Below, piece after piece: positions 26,501 through 40,111 of a DNA stretch of 64,000 bases. Source of the stretch: Auanema rhodensis. Lineage: Eukaryota > Animalia > Nematoda. Each line of letters starts with the position of its first letter. Positions within the stretch are counted from its first letter, which is position 1. The DNA lies in NCBI GenBank assembly GCA_964057225.1, contig OZ059899.1, positions 15,872,001-15,936,000 of the forward strand, read 5' to 3'. Below the pieces are notes generated by a model. The model saw only the letters and a program-made list of their open reading frames with translations. It did not search any database and was not told where the DNA came from. Both the position numbers and the translations under genes were made by a program.

Positions 26501-29500
26501 CGAAAGCACTGGCTATCGATACCGAATTACATATGCTATATCTAGTTAGGAAATACATATTGAACACTGACAATCTTGAAGTATTTCAGGTAACCCCAGC
26601 TAACTGTTCCATATGGCAAGGTTGCGATTGGCATCATTTGCACAATCTTTTCGTGAAAATGGATTCAGACAGTAAGCGTATTGCTAAGATGGTTTATTGT
26701 TCTATCTTTTACATTGAAGTAATCCTGAGATTTAGGTTGGAGTAACAGAGCAATTCATTATTTCACGTATTCAACAGCGATCCTTACAAAGCAATGATCG
26801 CGATTTACAAGTATGTTTGCTCAAGTATTGGAATTATTAAGTGAATTATCATAATTTTAGCTTCATCTACGCTTCTTCTCTTCACTGGCACTATTTGATT
26901 TGGTTAATGAGAAGCCGCTTGCTGATGTGGCTAATCGTTTCCGAATTCCTCGTGGAGCGTTACAGACGCTTCAACAACAGAGTGCCACCTATGCCGGTAA
27001 TTACCGTAATCCTTGTAAAAATATTGTGTATGGAAAGAAAAAGAGAGTTGATCGATTTGTTTGGAAATGCAAAATGGGAACTTCGCTAAATATGTGTTGA
27101 ATATACTTGAATATGAGTAACTGTATGTGATGGCAAGTATTTATATTCTTAAGTATGGTTTTCGATCAATTCTTGACGTTTTCCTATTGAGTTAAAGCGA
27201 AGAAAAAAACGGTAAGTGATGTGGGAAAACGGACTAGTACACACTATCATGGTCTAGAATCGACACAGACTATTTGGGTACATGATTAGTATTGTTAGAG
27301 GCGTGTTTTCAACTGATTAGTTGGCTGTCAAGGAGCTACCATTGACTGATTGGCTCAATTTGTCGAGAAAAGTGCCTTCGTTTGTCTCTTGTCTTTCTTC
27401 TCCACCCTCGTGTATGGCCTCTGCGACAACCGTCTTTCAGTTTGACAATTGCCACTCAGTTTTATTAAGGGGATGATGATTCGAGAAAGACCCGAGACTG
27501 AGTTAGAACCAATAGTTTAAACAGGAGAGTTTTTATGTGGAAGCGATTATTGAATTTAACTTACAAAGTATCAACAATTATAACAAAGCACATAGCATGT
27601 TATAATAATATTTGTTAGAAGCTATGTTTTTCTGTCCATACGCTATAAAATAAAATGTAAAAAGGAGAAAATTTTGATTATATAAATATATTAAGGAATT
27701 CTTCGACAATTGCGGTAGATATATATCCTTTTCATCTTACAACTTGATCAATCTGAAATACAAAATATTTAATTTGAAAACTCTTTCTGTTCACAACCGG
27801 TTCACGTTCATTTCGTTTGCAAAATAAAATTTTAATGAGCACATTAGCATATCCCATGTCACGTCACGTATTTCCAGCAATGGTTGTTGCATTCTGCTCT
27901 CGTCTCGGTTGGCAATATTTTCGTTCTCTGTTAGATGGCTTTTCTATCCGATTAGCTTTCGGTGTTCGAGCTGAACTAACCGAACTTGTAAGAATTGAAG
28001 GAATGGATGGTAGTAGGTATAACCCTGATATCATATTGAACTTTCTAATCTGAACTGATTTAGAGCGCGCGTCTTCCACGAGAAAGATATTACATCGTTA
28101 GTGCAATTATCCAATTCGACTGTCAATGATGTAGCCAGTGTCCTTTCTGTATCTGTACCATACGATGAGTAAGTTAAAATTAGAACAATACTGTTTTTGC
28201 CTTATTAAGTCCATCATAATGTGCCATTGCCTGATGTCTCGATATTCTCTCTTTCTAATGCTCTTTCTCTCACTCTCTTTCAGTCAGCCTGATGAGACTG
28301 TCTATCTCATTATAGTTCCTTATATGTCATTTGTCATTGGGCCAAGAAATACTCAAGCGTTCTTGTTTTTCATCGAACAATTATGATATTTTGGAGGAGA
28401 TATAATCGACAGAACAACTATGTTGTACCTGTTACATGAGACCCATTTGGAACTATATTGTTCTCGCTCATCTTCTATCCCTTTCTCAATCTCTCTCTCT
28501 CTCTCTCATCTCTCTGTTTTTTACGTTGTGTATTGACTATGTCTCTATAAAAAGAGCTGTCAATATCTTATGGCAAATTATTGAATTATCTATAGAACTT
28601 TAAGACTAATGAGTCAATTGAAGACAACTCATTTGACTATTTTGAGGTAAATTCCAAATATCTCTAATTATCCTTGGAGTTATTAAATAATTCTAAAAGT
28701 CAGAATAAGACAAATACTCATTTATGATTATAAGTTTAGAATATTCTGGGATATTATATAATATAATTAAGAAACTAATAACTAATAGTTATTACATGAT
28801 TTGTGAAATAGCATATCATGTGTGTATTTGTTGACAATAGGAGTCAAGTATTGTTAAAACATTGGTTACGTAACAAAAAGATTTTAAATTACAATACGTT
28901 TAAGCCTATTAGCATAATTGGTCACATAAATACAGGAGGTTGAGTCTGCTGACTTAGCTAACTCAGGTGACACTAGTGGTGGCAACAGCAGGTTAGAGTC
29001 ATGTACAGCATTGCGCAAGGCATACTTTCAGCATATGCTCATCTATTTTGTTGTCTGGTTTGAACTCTCAGCTAATTTTTGATTATTATTATTCTACTGG
29101 CTCTTATTATATGAAACTATATTTTTATATTTAGCTCAAATATAAATGATGGAAAGAACGAATGGCTGCTTGGGGAAGAGCGAACTACGTTGTTTGAAGC
29201 TGCTCAAATTCTCATTGATAGGGCTGGTCATTTAGTTCATGATCAATTAAGGTGATTGAGAAGCATTTGTTTCGGTGAAATAACTTCAATATCTATTTTA
29301 GATCGCTAGGTTTTAGTGTGAGTGAAGCCGTAAAAACAACAACTTCCTCAGCTGTACTCTCACAATTAGAGAAAACGCAAAGACCTCATCAAACTCAGCG
29401 TGTGTCCACGCAGTGCGTTTCGGAAAGTTCACTTGTACATGAAGATACACCTGGCTCAATTGATTATATACCTACAAGTTCACAGAACTCAGGTCATATG

Positions 29501-32500
29501 TCGTCTGCAGAGTGAGTATCTTGTAAGATTTTTGAAGCCAAAACGGAGAGAGTTTCAGTATTCAATTGAGCACACAAAATTCATCATTCTCGCAACAACT
29601 GCCCAATCCAATCCAGCAACAAAAAGACTCATGTGAAGACAGCTTCGACGATTCTAGCTTAGATTTGTTCAGTAACACGTTACTTGAGGTTCTTGTTTAT
29701 TGTTATTTTAATGATTTTACTTAGTTATTGGCTCCATTTATGCAAATTCTTGTGACAATTTCACTTTTAGCTTTCTCTTAATGATGCATCGGATAGCGGA
29801 GATCCTTCCCAAAAAATAACAAGCTCAAGCATAATACAGGAAAGCGAGAGTATGTTTCTTTTTGTTTTAATTTTTAACACATGAGGGGTTCATAAATTTA
29901 AGTTAAATTGAATGAAATAAATAAAATATTATAGCTGGCGAAATAGATGATTTGGAAACAAGCTTAATGTTGTCTCACTCAACAACTCAGAAGGAAATAT
30001 TAGCTGCCGATGTAGCTTTATCTATCATATCCAAGAGAAAATGTTTTTTTTCCAGACAGTTCCAGAAACATGTGATGAAAAGGAAAATATTATATTTGAA
30101 GATTCATTTGATATACCTGTTCAAGTATGCTTTAGAATTTTGGCCAAACTCAATAACTTGTTTCTTTTTAGTTTAAGCCACCTACTTTACCTAAATGGTC
30201 TCAAAACTGTAAACGTAATACCCACCTAGTTAGAATTACTTGTTTAATATTTGAATATCATAGGATTATCTACTAACTCTCCACTTCATAAAGTTCTCGA
30301 AGTCTCTGTAGAAGAAGGAAATACTAGTGGAGATTTGTTTGATGACTGCTCACCTGTAGTTACAAAACATACAAAGCGGCTTAGTCGATCTACTGTAGTG
30401 AGATATTTGAAAATCAATGAAAGTTAATGACATTACATGCAGTGGTCACCTTCTACAGCAAGTCCACTGAGTAAGCTTAGTCGACGACCTGTTACAGTAG
30501 CTCCAAATGCTCTTGTCGTCACGGATGTTTGTTCTTCGATTTCTTTATGGAAAACATTTATTTCTCGAAGTTTCAACTGGAATGAAGTAGGGGTCTCGCT
30601 AATTCTCGATCGACTAACCCAATCAGTTAATGCTATAGCCATATGTGGTGATGGCACAGTTGACTTCATTCCTTTCTCGGATAATTATTATCCAGGTTTC
30701 GTTGAAATCTAAGCATTTCTTTAAAATATAACAGCTACTTGTCGGTTTAGGAAATGCATCTGATGAAGCTGTTGCTCCTTCAGGAACACCACATCAAGAT
30801 ATAACAGAAATCATGAAAATTAACCAAGTTGCTCATATTTTGAAATCATGCAAGACATATGTATATGACGCGATAGAAGTTGGAATAAATCTCTATCGTT
30901 CACATAATATTTTGGTAAATTTAACACACGAAATGATTTTAAATTTTTTAAATTTCAGATTGAAAATCCAATTTGTATAGAATATTTAGCATTTCTAGCT
31001 CATCATCGTAATGGTGAAAATCCTATATCTTTAGCTCAACTAGCACTAAAATTCGATTGGGATTTCAATATTAACTCGTTGTTCAAGCGAGGACCGCGAA
31101 TTCAATGCTGTATACAAGCATTTGTGCTTAGTAGGTTCGTTAAAACAATTTTTTTCCACTTGAATCTATGGAGTTTTGCACCTGTAGGCTGTATGATAAA
31201 ATTCGGCCGATAGCTGTAAGACATTCATCCGAAGATAGTATCACTTTGGAAACTAACAGTGTTCCTGTAAGTTGTCATTCAAAAAAAAGTTCTAAAACTA
31301 TTTATATAAGGTTTTACTGAAAATGGTGTGCACTGGGATTCCTTTTTCAAAATCTAAATGTGAATATGAATTAAACATGATACGAAAAAAGATGGATGTT
31401 TTGGAATCGGAGTGTCATAGTATTGCTCATCGGGCATTCAACTTAGATAGTCCGAATCATGTTTCTGAGGTTGCATCTTATCTTGTTGTTAATTGTCTTA
31501 CTTTCTTATAGGTTCTTTTTTCTAATTTGAAATTACCTCATCCTGGAGGAAGAATTACTAGCAAGCATCTGCCAACAAATAAAGCTGTGCTCGAAGGTTT
31601 GCGAACCGTTCATCCAATTGTGGATAAGATTTTGACATTTCGAAGTTTGAAGCATACAGTATCGGTAAGTTACGAAGAACAATTGGCACATCTAAGCATT
31701 TTTTCAGCAATGTCTGCTGCCTCTCTCAAAGTGCTTAGATGTTGATGGTCGTATTCGGACCAGTATGCAGATCTGTACTGCAACTGGGCGAATCCTGAGT
31801 AATCGACCAAATATTCAGAACGTTCCAAAAGGAAAAAATGAATGGTCATTCTCAGGCAGAGCTTTATTCGAAGTTTCTGAAGGTTTTAAAATCTGAAATT
31901 GATGTTTTGATGCTGAACAACACATTATAGGATATTCGTTAATAGCTGCCGATTATTGTCAATTAGAGCTTCGAGTTCTTGCTCATCTGAGCGGTGATAA
32001 AATGCTTTGCTCTCGTTTAGCCAATGAAGGTAATTATCTTTCGAATGCAGCGGAATGTAATCTATTCTAAGAACGTGATTTTTTCAACGATTTGTCAATT
32101 GAATGGGGATTTTCGCGTGATTCTGTAAAGCAACTTTGCTACGGTATTATTTATGGAATGGGTGTACGAAGTTTAGCAGATGCAACATCATCTAGTGTAG
32201 ATACAGCCCAGAAGCTTATTGATTCTTTCTTCCGATCATTTCCTGGTAATATGAATTTTAAACTTCTGAATTTCTTGTTGTAGCTGTGCAATCGTATATC
32301 TATAATACAAAGGATATGTCCTCAAAAATAGGATTCGTGCACACAATGCTTGGTATGACAATTAGGTTTCTTCGGTGAAAATATTTAAATGACTTGCAGG
32401 TCGTCGAAGAATTACAAAACTAAGGGGAAAGCAAGACGAGCGTGCTGCTGATGATCGGCAATCCATGAACTTCACTATTCAGGGTACAGCTAGTGAAATT

Positions 32501-32763
32501 TTCAAACAAGCTCTTCTGAATATTGTCGACAGTATTAGAGGTTGTTGCTCAAACTTTTCTGACAACTTTTTATTTTCTTCATCATAGGACTAGACTGTTC
32601 GTTAGTTATGACAGTACACGACGAGGTTCTAATAGAATGTAGGAATTCAATTTTAAATTTGGTAAAAGATAAAATACGCTGTTCTATGCAAAATGTTTTT
32701 CAATTACGTGTTCCACTACGGGTCAAAATATCTATGGGTCCCAATTGGGGTGATCTCAAGTAA
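20569..32763 (+). CDS. polq-1: DNA polymerase theta (SF2 helicase plus family A polymerase)
   Basis: Helicase motifs [47 protein letters not shown]. Polymerase motifs [46 protein letters not shown], and C-terminal GPNWGDLK* (TAA 32761-32763). Confidence 0.95.
22674..25208 (-). CDS. ceh-10: Vsx/Chx10-class paired-like homeobox protein with CVC domain, nested in a polq-1 intron
   Basis: eh1 motif FAIHEILG; homeodomain KRRHR|[41 protein letters not shown]|[12 protein letters not shown]; CVC domain [12 protein letters not shown]|[16 protein letters not shown]...APWLLG|MHKKS. Seven exons, stop 22676-22674, all within polq-1 intron 22254-26024. Confidence 0.95.
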
Positions 32764-32902
32764 ACAAAAGAAATAAATGTTTTTTGTTTGTTCATTTTCT
32801 TAAATTGCTTTCATTCTCTAAATGATCAGTATACTGACTTTGACTTTTCTGAATAAAATATAAATTTGAACATAAGAATATCAATTGAATATTTAGAATA
32901 AA
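32764..32902 (+). promoter_or_regulatory. Operon-like intercistronic region (polyA signal, U-rich tract, trans-splice acceptor)
   Basis: AATAAA 32772-32777, T-rich stretch, TTTAG 32892-32896, ATG 32903; only 139 bp between the polq-1 stop and the rev-3 start. Confidence 0.6.
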
Positions 32903-35900
32903 ATGTCATTTAAAATGAGAATTGTTATATGTGACTACTCTTTTGGTCCATCGAATCAGTTAAGTGCCAAAGTTATTGATTCAAATAGTTTTGTTCCTAC
33001 TCTTCATATATTTGGAATTACCTCCGAAGGTACGTTGTTCAGGTTTATGGTATGAACCATGTTTTACGAATTAAGGTAGAAAAGCTTGTGTCCATGTTCA
33101 TGGCGTCCTACCGTACTTATTCCTCCGAGTTGGAGGTTCACTAACACCGTATATTGAATCTCTTATTAAAACTAAACTCAGTCGCCTTCTTCAACGAGAA
33201 TTGTCAGAAAAAGCTGTGAAGGCTAATCAGAACTTCAATCAAAATTTTGTTTACAAAATCGAAGAAGTTGAAAGAAAGTTCCAATATAATCGCCTATAAA
33301 ACAAGATATTAATGTTATTCAGATCGATGTATGGTTATTATAAAGAACTTGAACCATTTGCTAAAGTATACTTCACAAATCCATATTATGTTATGAAGTA
33401 AGTGAATAAGATAACGTTGATTAACAAATATTTTTGAAGAATATCAAAAGCACTAGCTAAAGAGCTTGAAACAAACCCCGGTATGCAACCTTTCGAATCC
33501 CACATACCATATACCCTGCAGGTTTTTTTTTAATTTTAAAAGAAATAATTCTTTTCAAGTTTTTCATCGATCATTCTTTATTCGGAATGGATGTCATTAA
33601 TTTTGATAAAGTTTTATATCGAATCTTGCCTGAGCGAGAAGCATCAGGTTAGTTGTAACCTGACTAATCCAACTGATTTCTATAATTTTTAGATATTGTA
33701 TACGACAATCAAACTGTTTCAGATATTCGTAATAAGTAAGACATTGAGTTTTACTATAAATGAAGCATTATAATTAATTATTATTTCTAAAAGATGTTAT
33801 TCTTATTCAAAGAATAGAGAAGCTTCTCTTAGAGCGATTAAAGATTAATTGTGATTAAGAAATATTGATCGAATTTATGATTAATTCAATTAATTCAAAC
33901 TTCATGTTCTAGTTGCCTTTCTCCACTCAAACCCATGACATCATGTTGGATTGAATGTGATGCTTTTGCTTCTGACATCATGAATTCTCGAATGTATAAG
34001 GAAAATAGTATGATTAGCATCATTCCATCATATGTAATAGTTATGTTTTTTTTCAGAATTTTCAACGAATCCCGGCTTGGAGTATTTATGGAATGAAGAA
34101 GCTATGCGATGTGAACTTCAAAAACGAGAATTAAAAGATACTTTCAATACATGTATACAAAGATAATCGGGAATCGGTGATTCAATTGATATTTAAAGAT
34201 GAACCTCGTCCATATCATGTTACCTGCCAAGAAAAAGAATTAAAGAAGAGGATGAAAGAAATAGCTCGAGAATTGAAGAGATCCAACTCTGTATGTAATA
34301 GTCAGTCAACGATAGCAAGCAGTAATTACACTCAAAAGCTTAATGGTATAAGATTTAGTTTTTGCTATAATTGTTTTATTCATTTTAGATACTATAATGC
34401 CTAACATGGATACTAGTTTTGTAGTCGAAAATCGAGCAGAATCATTATGGTCATGCCAAGATTCGCAAAATGTTGGATTTGACGACAAAGACGAAGATGA
34501 TTTAGCAAAAAAGTTTGAAGAAGATGTTGTGGAGGACAATGTAGAAGATGATGATAAGGATATGAATAACCTAGCTATGGCACAAGATGAAGAAGTTTCA
34601 CTGGAATTACCAACAGTTAAAAGAAATCCGTTTATTTAGACGATCAAATATCTTAGTCAAAATGTATCTGAACCATACATACCTGAGCAAAGTGAAAATG
34701 ATTACAGGTTTATTAATATTCTATTATTTCATATAATTAACATTATATTTTATATTATATAGACAATGGTTAACATTGGATGAAGATTTACCACTTAAAA
34801 CTAAATGCTCAGTGCAATCACAGAAGAGTCAATCATCGGATACTGTGTCAAAAACGTTGACAAACAAAAGCTTGCACAACGTAAATTAGCTGCATTTTGG
34901 TGAAACGTATATAATTGGTCTTGCTTGTTTCAGAAGATGTTATTCAGTGAATCGTTTTTTGATCGAACAAGCATCACCCCGTCTGAAACACCTGGTATTC
35001 TTGAGTGTCTATTCAATATTTTGTTTCTTTCTCAGACATCATTGCTGCAACTGATGGTGAAGTTGCTGAAATATCGTTCTTCAGTGTAATTAGTTTAGAA
35101 ATTCTCGCTCAATCTTCTTTTGAAATACCTAATCCACATGTAAGCTGTGAGCATTCAACTTGATTTAACTTCGCCATTCCCATAGACTGATCCTGTGCTT
35201 GGAGTATCTCTTTGTGCGATTCCCGATGTTTGTCGTTCAATGAAACCATGTGAACACGTATTTATCACGACTATATGTCCAGAATTTCTTTTGCCAGACA
35301 ACTGTATTTGGGTTCCTGATGAGCGTAGCCTGTTTGAGAAAGTTGTCGAGATTGTTCACAGGTTCCAATTGATATAAGTAACTCAAAGTTAAAACTTTTA
35401 ATCCAGATGGGATCCCGAAATGCTATTGGGATATGACACTGATCGTCTATCCTGGGGTTATCTACTACGTCGTAGTGAAGTAGTTGGACTGACAGGATTT
35501 CTTAAACGACTTGCACGATATTTCAATGGTTGAAGTTTTTTATCAGTTCAAAATGTAGATAATGAAACTTTCTTCAGAAAGTACAAATTGGAAAGTAAAT
35601 GAGACGGATATTACCTCACCGGATGGAAGAATTCTAGAAGCGGTATGGAGAGTTGTACGAAGAGATTTACAATTAAGGTAAATGCTTACGATATTTCGGG
35701 AAAAAATAGTTTAAATTCTCTTAGAACGTATGATCGTTGTGCGGCTTGTTTAGAAGTTTTAAAAACAAAAATTCCCAATTTTACCAATGCTGTACTGTGT
35801 CAAATGATTGAACAATTCGATAAACGCTTAACGTAAGTTCAAATAGAACTTATTAATTATTTTTTTATTTCTTGTAGGCATTTTGTTATCAGATATTTAT

Positions 35901-38651
35901 TAAAAGTTTCTTATATTAATGTACATATACTGTCGGAAATGGACTGGTTTCTTCGAAATGCTGAAATGGCTCGTGTTTATGGAATTCAGCTAAGTGAAGT
36001 TCTCTCGATTTTCATATATTCATTTATATTTATGTTTTCTCTAGGTTTGGAACAGGGGATCTCAATATCGTGTTGAATCTATGCTTCTTCGCTTAGCACA
36101 TACTCTTGGTTACGTTGCTCCTGCAATTAGTCCAACTCAAAGAACACAGTAAGCTTTTCGATATATACAACTCGTGCAACATCTTAATTATAATTGTGAA
36201 CTGCTAAATATTATATTAACGTATTTTAATGTTTAACTTCGTAGAATGAGTGCTCCTGAGCAATTACAACTAATTATGGAACCAATATCCAAAGTCTATC
36301 ATGATCCTATTATAGTTTTAGATTTTCAGGTATATTATAGCTTTTATCTATCTTTCTTCTAATGTATAAACTGTATTTTCAGTCATTATATCCTTCAATG
36401 GTTATTGCATATAATTATTGTTATTCAACTATTTTGGGCAAAGTTGATCATCTGCAATTAGCAACTGACACAGCTTCTTCAACTCTCGAATTAGGCGCCA
36501 TGAAATATGATGTTAATGTAAGTTCCATATCACAGAGTACATGGAACTATTTCATTTTGAAGCTCAGTTTCCTAAAATATAATTTTTAAAATATTAAAAT
36601 AGTATTAATCCTATTTGAAATATCTAACTTTAGTTATAAACTTTTTCGTTCGAAGCAGGGCAAGAAGAACATATAATTGTTTTTTTTGCTTTAAATGATT
36701 ATATTCAATCTTATAGGTTTTTTCTTACAAATTATATGTTTAAATATATTTTTAACTTCGTTTTAAGCCATCGGCGGTTGTTGAAATAGTTGCTGAACGT
36801 AAGTTTCGATGTTCACCTTTATCAGCAGCATTCATTACGAAAGAGGCTCGAGATGGTTTAATTCCAATTATGCTTCGTGAAATATTAGGTGCTAGAATAA
36901 TGATCAAAACTTCGATGAAACATGCTAAAAATCGTGTGAGGTTTTCATGAACTTTCTTTTTAACTGTTTTTTGTATTTTTAGCGATTACGACGTATTTTG
37001 GATGCTCGCCAATTAGCGTTGAAGCTTGTTGCTAATGTTACCTATGGTTATACTGCAGCTAATTGGAGTGGAAGAATGCCATGTGCAGAGCTTGCTGATG
37101 CTATATTGGGAAAGGTAGTTTATATATCTCGATAACTGTGTTGACGATCATTACATTTGTAGGGTCGGGAAACGCTGGAAAGAGCTATAGAACAAGTTAC
37201 AAAAGGAGATTATGGTACAGCTCGTGTTATATACGGAGATACAGACAGTATGTTTGTATTAATGCCAGGTATAGTTTTTGAGCATCATAATGCTTTGATG
37301 GAATGTTTTACTCATATGACAGGAGCAACACTAGAACATGCTTTTGAAATTGGACGTCGTATTGCTGCAGATGTTACTAACGCAAACCCATGTCCTGTTA
37401 CTCTGAAATTAGAAAAAGTTCGGATATTCATCATTTATAATCAATCGTCTGGTTAAGGTTTATATGGGTTGTGTATTAGAAACGAAGAAACGCTACGCTG
37501 GATGGATGTTTGAATCTGAAACTGATAATGGTCGTCTAGATTCCAAAGGAATTGAAACTATACGTCGTGATACATGTCCAGTCGTCGCAAAGGTATCACA
37601 TCATTTGATGTTATTGCTATAAAGTTTTTACAGATTCTTACAAAATGTTTGGAGCTGATCTTTCAGCGTCGATGGAATTTGTTAAATTTGTATCTTGATG
37701 CAAAACTGTCACGTCTAGACGATCTATCATTTACAAATTTTGTATTTAGCAAAGAATTTCGTGGACAGTATTCAGCTACAGCAGCTGTACCTCAAAAAAA
37801 GATTGCTGAGTAAGCTTTTATCTTCCGCTGTGTTGATAATTGATTTTGATAATTATCTCTAACACATTAAACTAATTGGAGAATTATGCTATGTTTGCTC
37901 TCAAATGCCATATTGTGTTCATTGAACTCTCAGCAAAAATGATCACAACACAATTTTTAATATTGTAGAGCTCTGCAAGAGAAAAATCCATTCCATGTGA
38001 CACTACATGGTGAACGTGTATCGTATGTCATTGTGGAAGGACACCCAGATGCCACGGTCATATCCTGTGTTCGATCATTGAAAGATTTCATCGAAAACCC
38101 ACAACTAAAGGCTTGTCACTTGCTTTTCACATTTTATCAGATTTTAATCAATTATAGATTCATGTATCTTATTATGTGCGAGCTCATATATTAGCGGCAC
38201 TTCGTCGAGTAACAGATCTCATACCGCTTCAAATTATCTGGCACCAGAACAAGCCACGACATTGCTTTACGTCAGTTGATATCAAATATTGTATTCGAGT
38301 CTTGTAAACCACTTTAGACCAGAATGTTGGACAATTGGTCGACGTCCATGGTGTACTACATGCTCTACTCAAGCATATCCATATATGTATGCTCAGCTAT
38401 CAGTATCACGCAACGAACAGTTGCATTCGATTGCTCGTACAGCTTGCAAACAATGCCGTCAACTAGGACCTGGCCACAATGTGAATCTGAATGATTGTAC
38501 CAACTATCATTGCCCCGTCCGACAGGTAGATCTTTTCTCTTTTCAGCAATATTTCTACATTTACACTCAGATTGTTGCTAATATCATGCGCAGCGAAGCT
38601 GATACAAATCTAAAACAGCATGTTTTCTTCAAAAATGCTCTCAACTCTTGA
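32903..38651 (+). CDS. rev-3: DNA polymerase zeta catalytic subunit (family B)
   Basis: N-terminus MRIVICDY...LHIFGITSEG.KACVHVHGVLPY, FESHIPY.LQFFID; RGSQYRVESMLLR, LIMEP, VLDFQSLYPSMVIAYNYCYST, RQLALKLVANVTYGYTAANWSGRMPC, VIYGDTDS, LKLEKVY, KKRYAG, KGIETIRRD.C. C-terminal Cys clusters (CTTC; CKQC...CTNYHC). Stop TGA 38649-38651. Confidence 0.93.
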
Positions 38652-40111
38652 CCTCAACATAGTTTAGCGAGTAGACGTCTTCTACATCAATGTAAGTTGT
38701 TACCAACATTTAAATTCAAGTCTGTATTTATCTGTATCCAGTTTCTGGTTTCTATGGTTTCAAATTGTTCTGTTTTTGTTCAAATTATATATATATAGAC
38801 ATATATATATATAGAAATATATTCTTTAACTTTTATTTATTATTTTTTTTTGATTATAAACATATTTGTTCATTCAAATTTATTTTTATTCTAAGCATCA
38901 TCTAAAGAATATTAATTGTTTTTACTTTATATAGATATATAAATAGATATATAATCTCTTTTCTATGTTTAGTATAGTTGAAATTTTAATTATTCCCTTT
39001 CTACCTCAATTATTATCTCATATTCATATTCAAGAAATGTTGGGGAATATATTCAGCTCATTATAAAGCATCTGAAATTTAAGGAGTTAAGACTGATTTT
39101 AGTTGTGTATCCCATGACAACCAACAAAAAGCCTACAACATGCTTTATTTTCTCAGAATATTAGAATTGATCATGAACATATAGATTATTGTTTCAGTCG
39201 CTAGCATCGTCAATCATTCTTCGAAAAATTGTCTGATATTACTAGCTCAAGTTCTTGTTGTAAACTTATGCTATATGCTCATTAGCCTATAACAGAATGA
39301 GATTGCACACCAGATAGCTACAACGACGGAAAGACATGGTTTTTCTACAGTGTTCTGCTTCTTCTCATCGAACATAGCATTGCATTCTGATACATATTTT
39401 TCATTTTCTTTGCTCGATCGCAGACCTCTGCAAACTACCTGGTATGCTCCATTTTGATATATTCTTTGATTATATCGTGCTTGCATATGAGGCAGCTCGA
39501 CATGCCTGTCTGCTATTCTGCATATTTTGAAAGCTTGTTTGTCATTCTCTAAATATCGAACAGCTTCATGTAGCTGTATTGATGTAGCTCCAAACCGAAA
39601 AGCACCCGAGCAAAGGTTTTTTTTGTTTGAGAAAATAGAAGAAGACGAAATACTTCCTTCACTTTATTTTCTTTTTTTTATGCATGATGATATTGTATTC
39701 ACTGAAAGAAGTTCTTTTGTATGTTTGCAATATAATGAAACTTCTATTTGTCGCTGATTTTGAAGCTTTTTTCCCAATTATTGTGGTGAATATAACAACT
39801 AAAACTGCATTTTCTATTCTCCATTGATGTCTACACTAAATTTTACCTGAAACTTTATTTGTGAACTAGTTACTAGATGCTACTAGATGCTTTGTATTCT
39901 TTTTTTGTTGCAAACGATGTAATATACTAACATGAAAGTACATGTGAAATATTCAAAAGCATATCATATGATTATAGTAATTCCTATATATGAACCTGAC
40001 ATAATATTTCTTTTTATTTCTTATTCTGTTGATTTGGCATAATACTGCTGGCTTGTTCGTTTCAGATTGACTTCTACTTTCATTAGTTTGTATATTGCAG
40101 GATTGAGTAAT

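Noticed and set aside
28936-28991. AG...GT-bounded 56-nt segment in a large polq-1 intron
   Set aside because: Weak acceptor and out of phase with flanking exons; nothing distinguishes it from chance.
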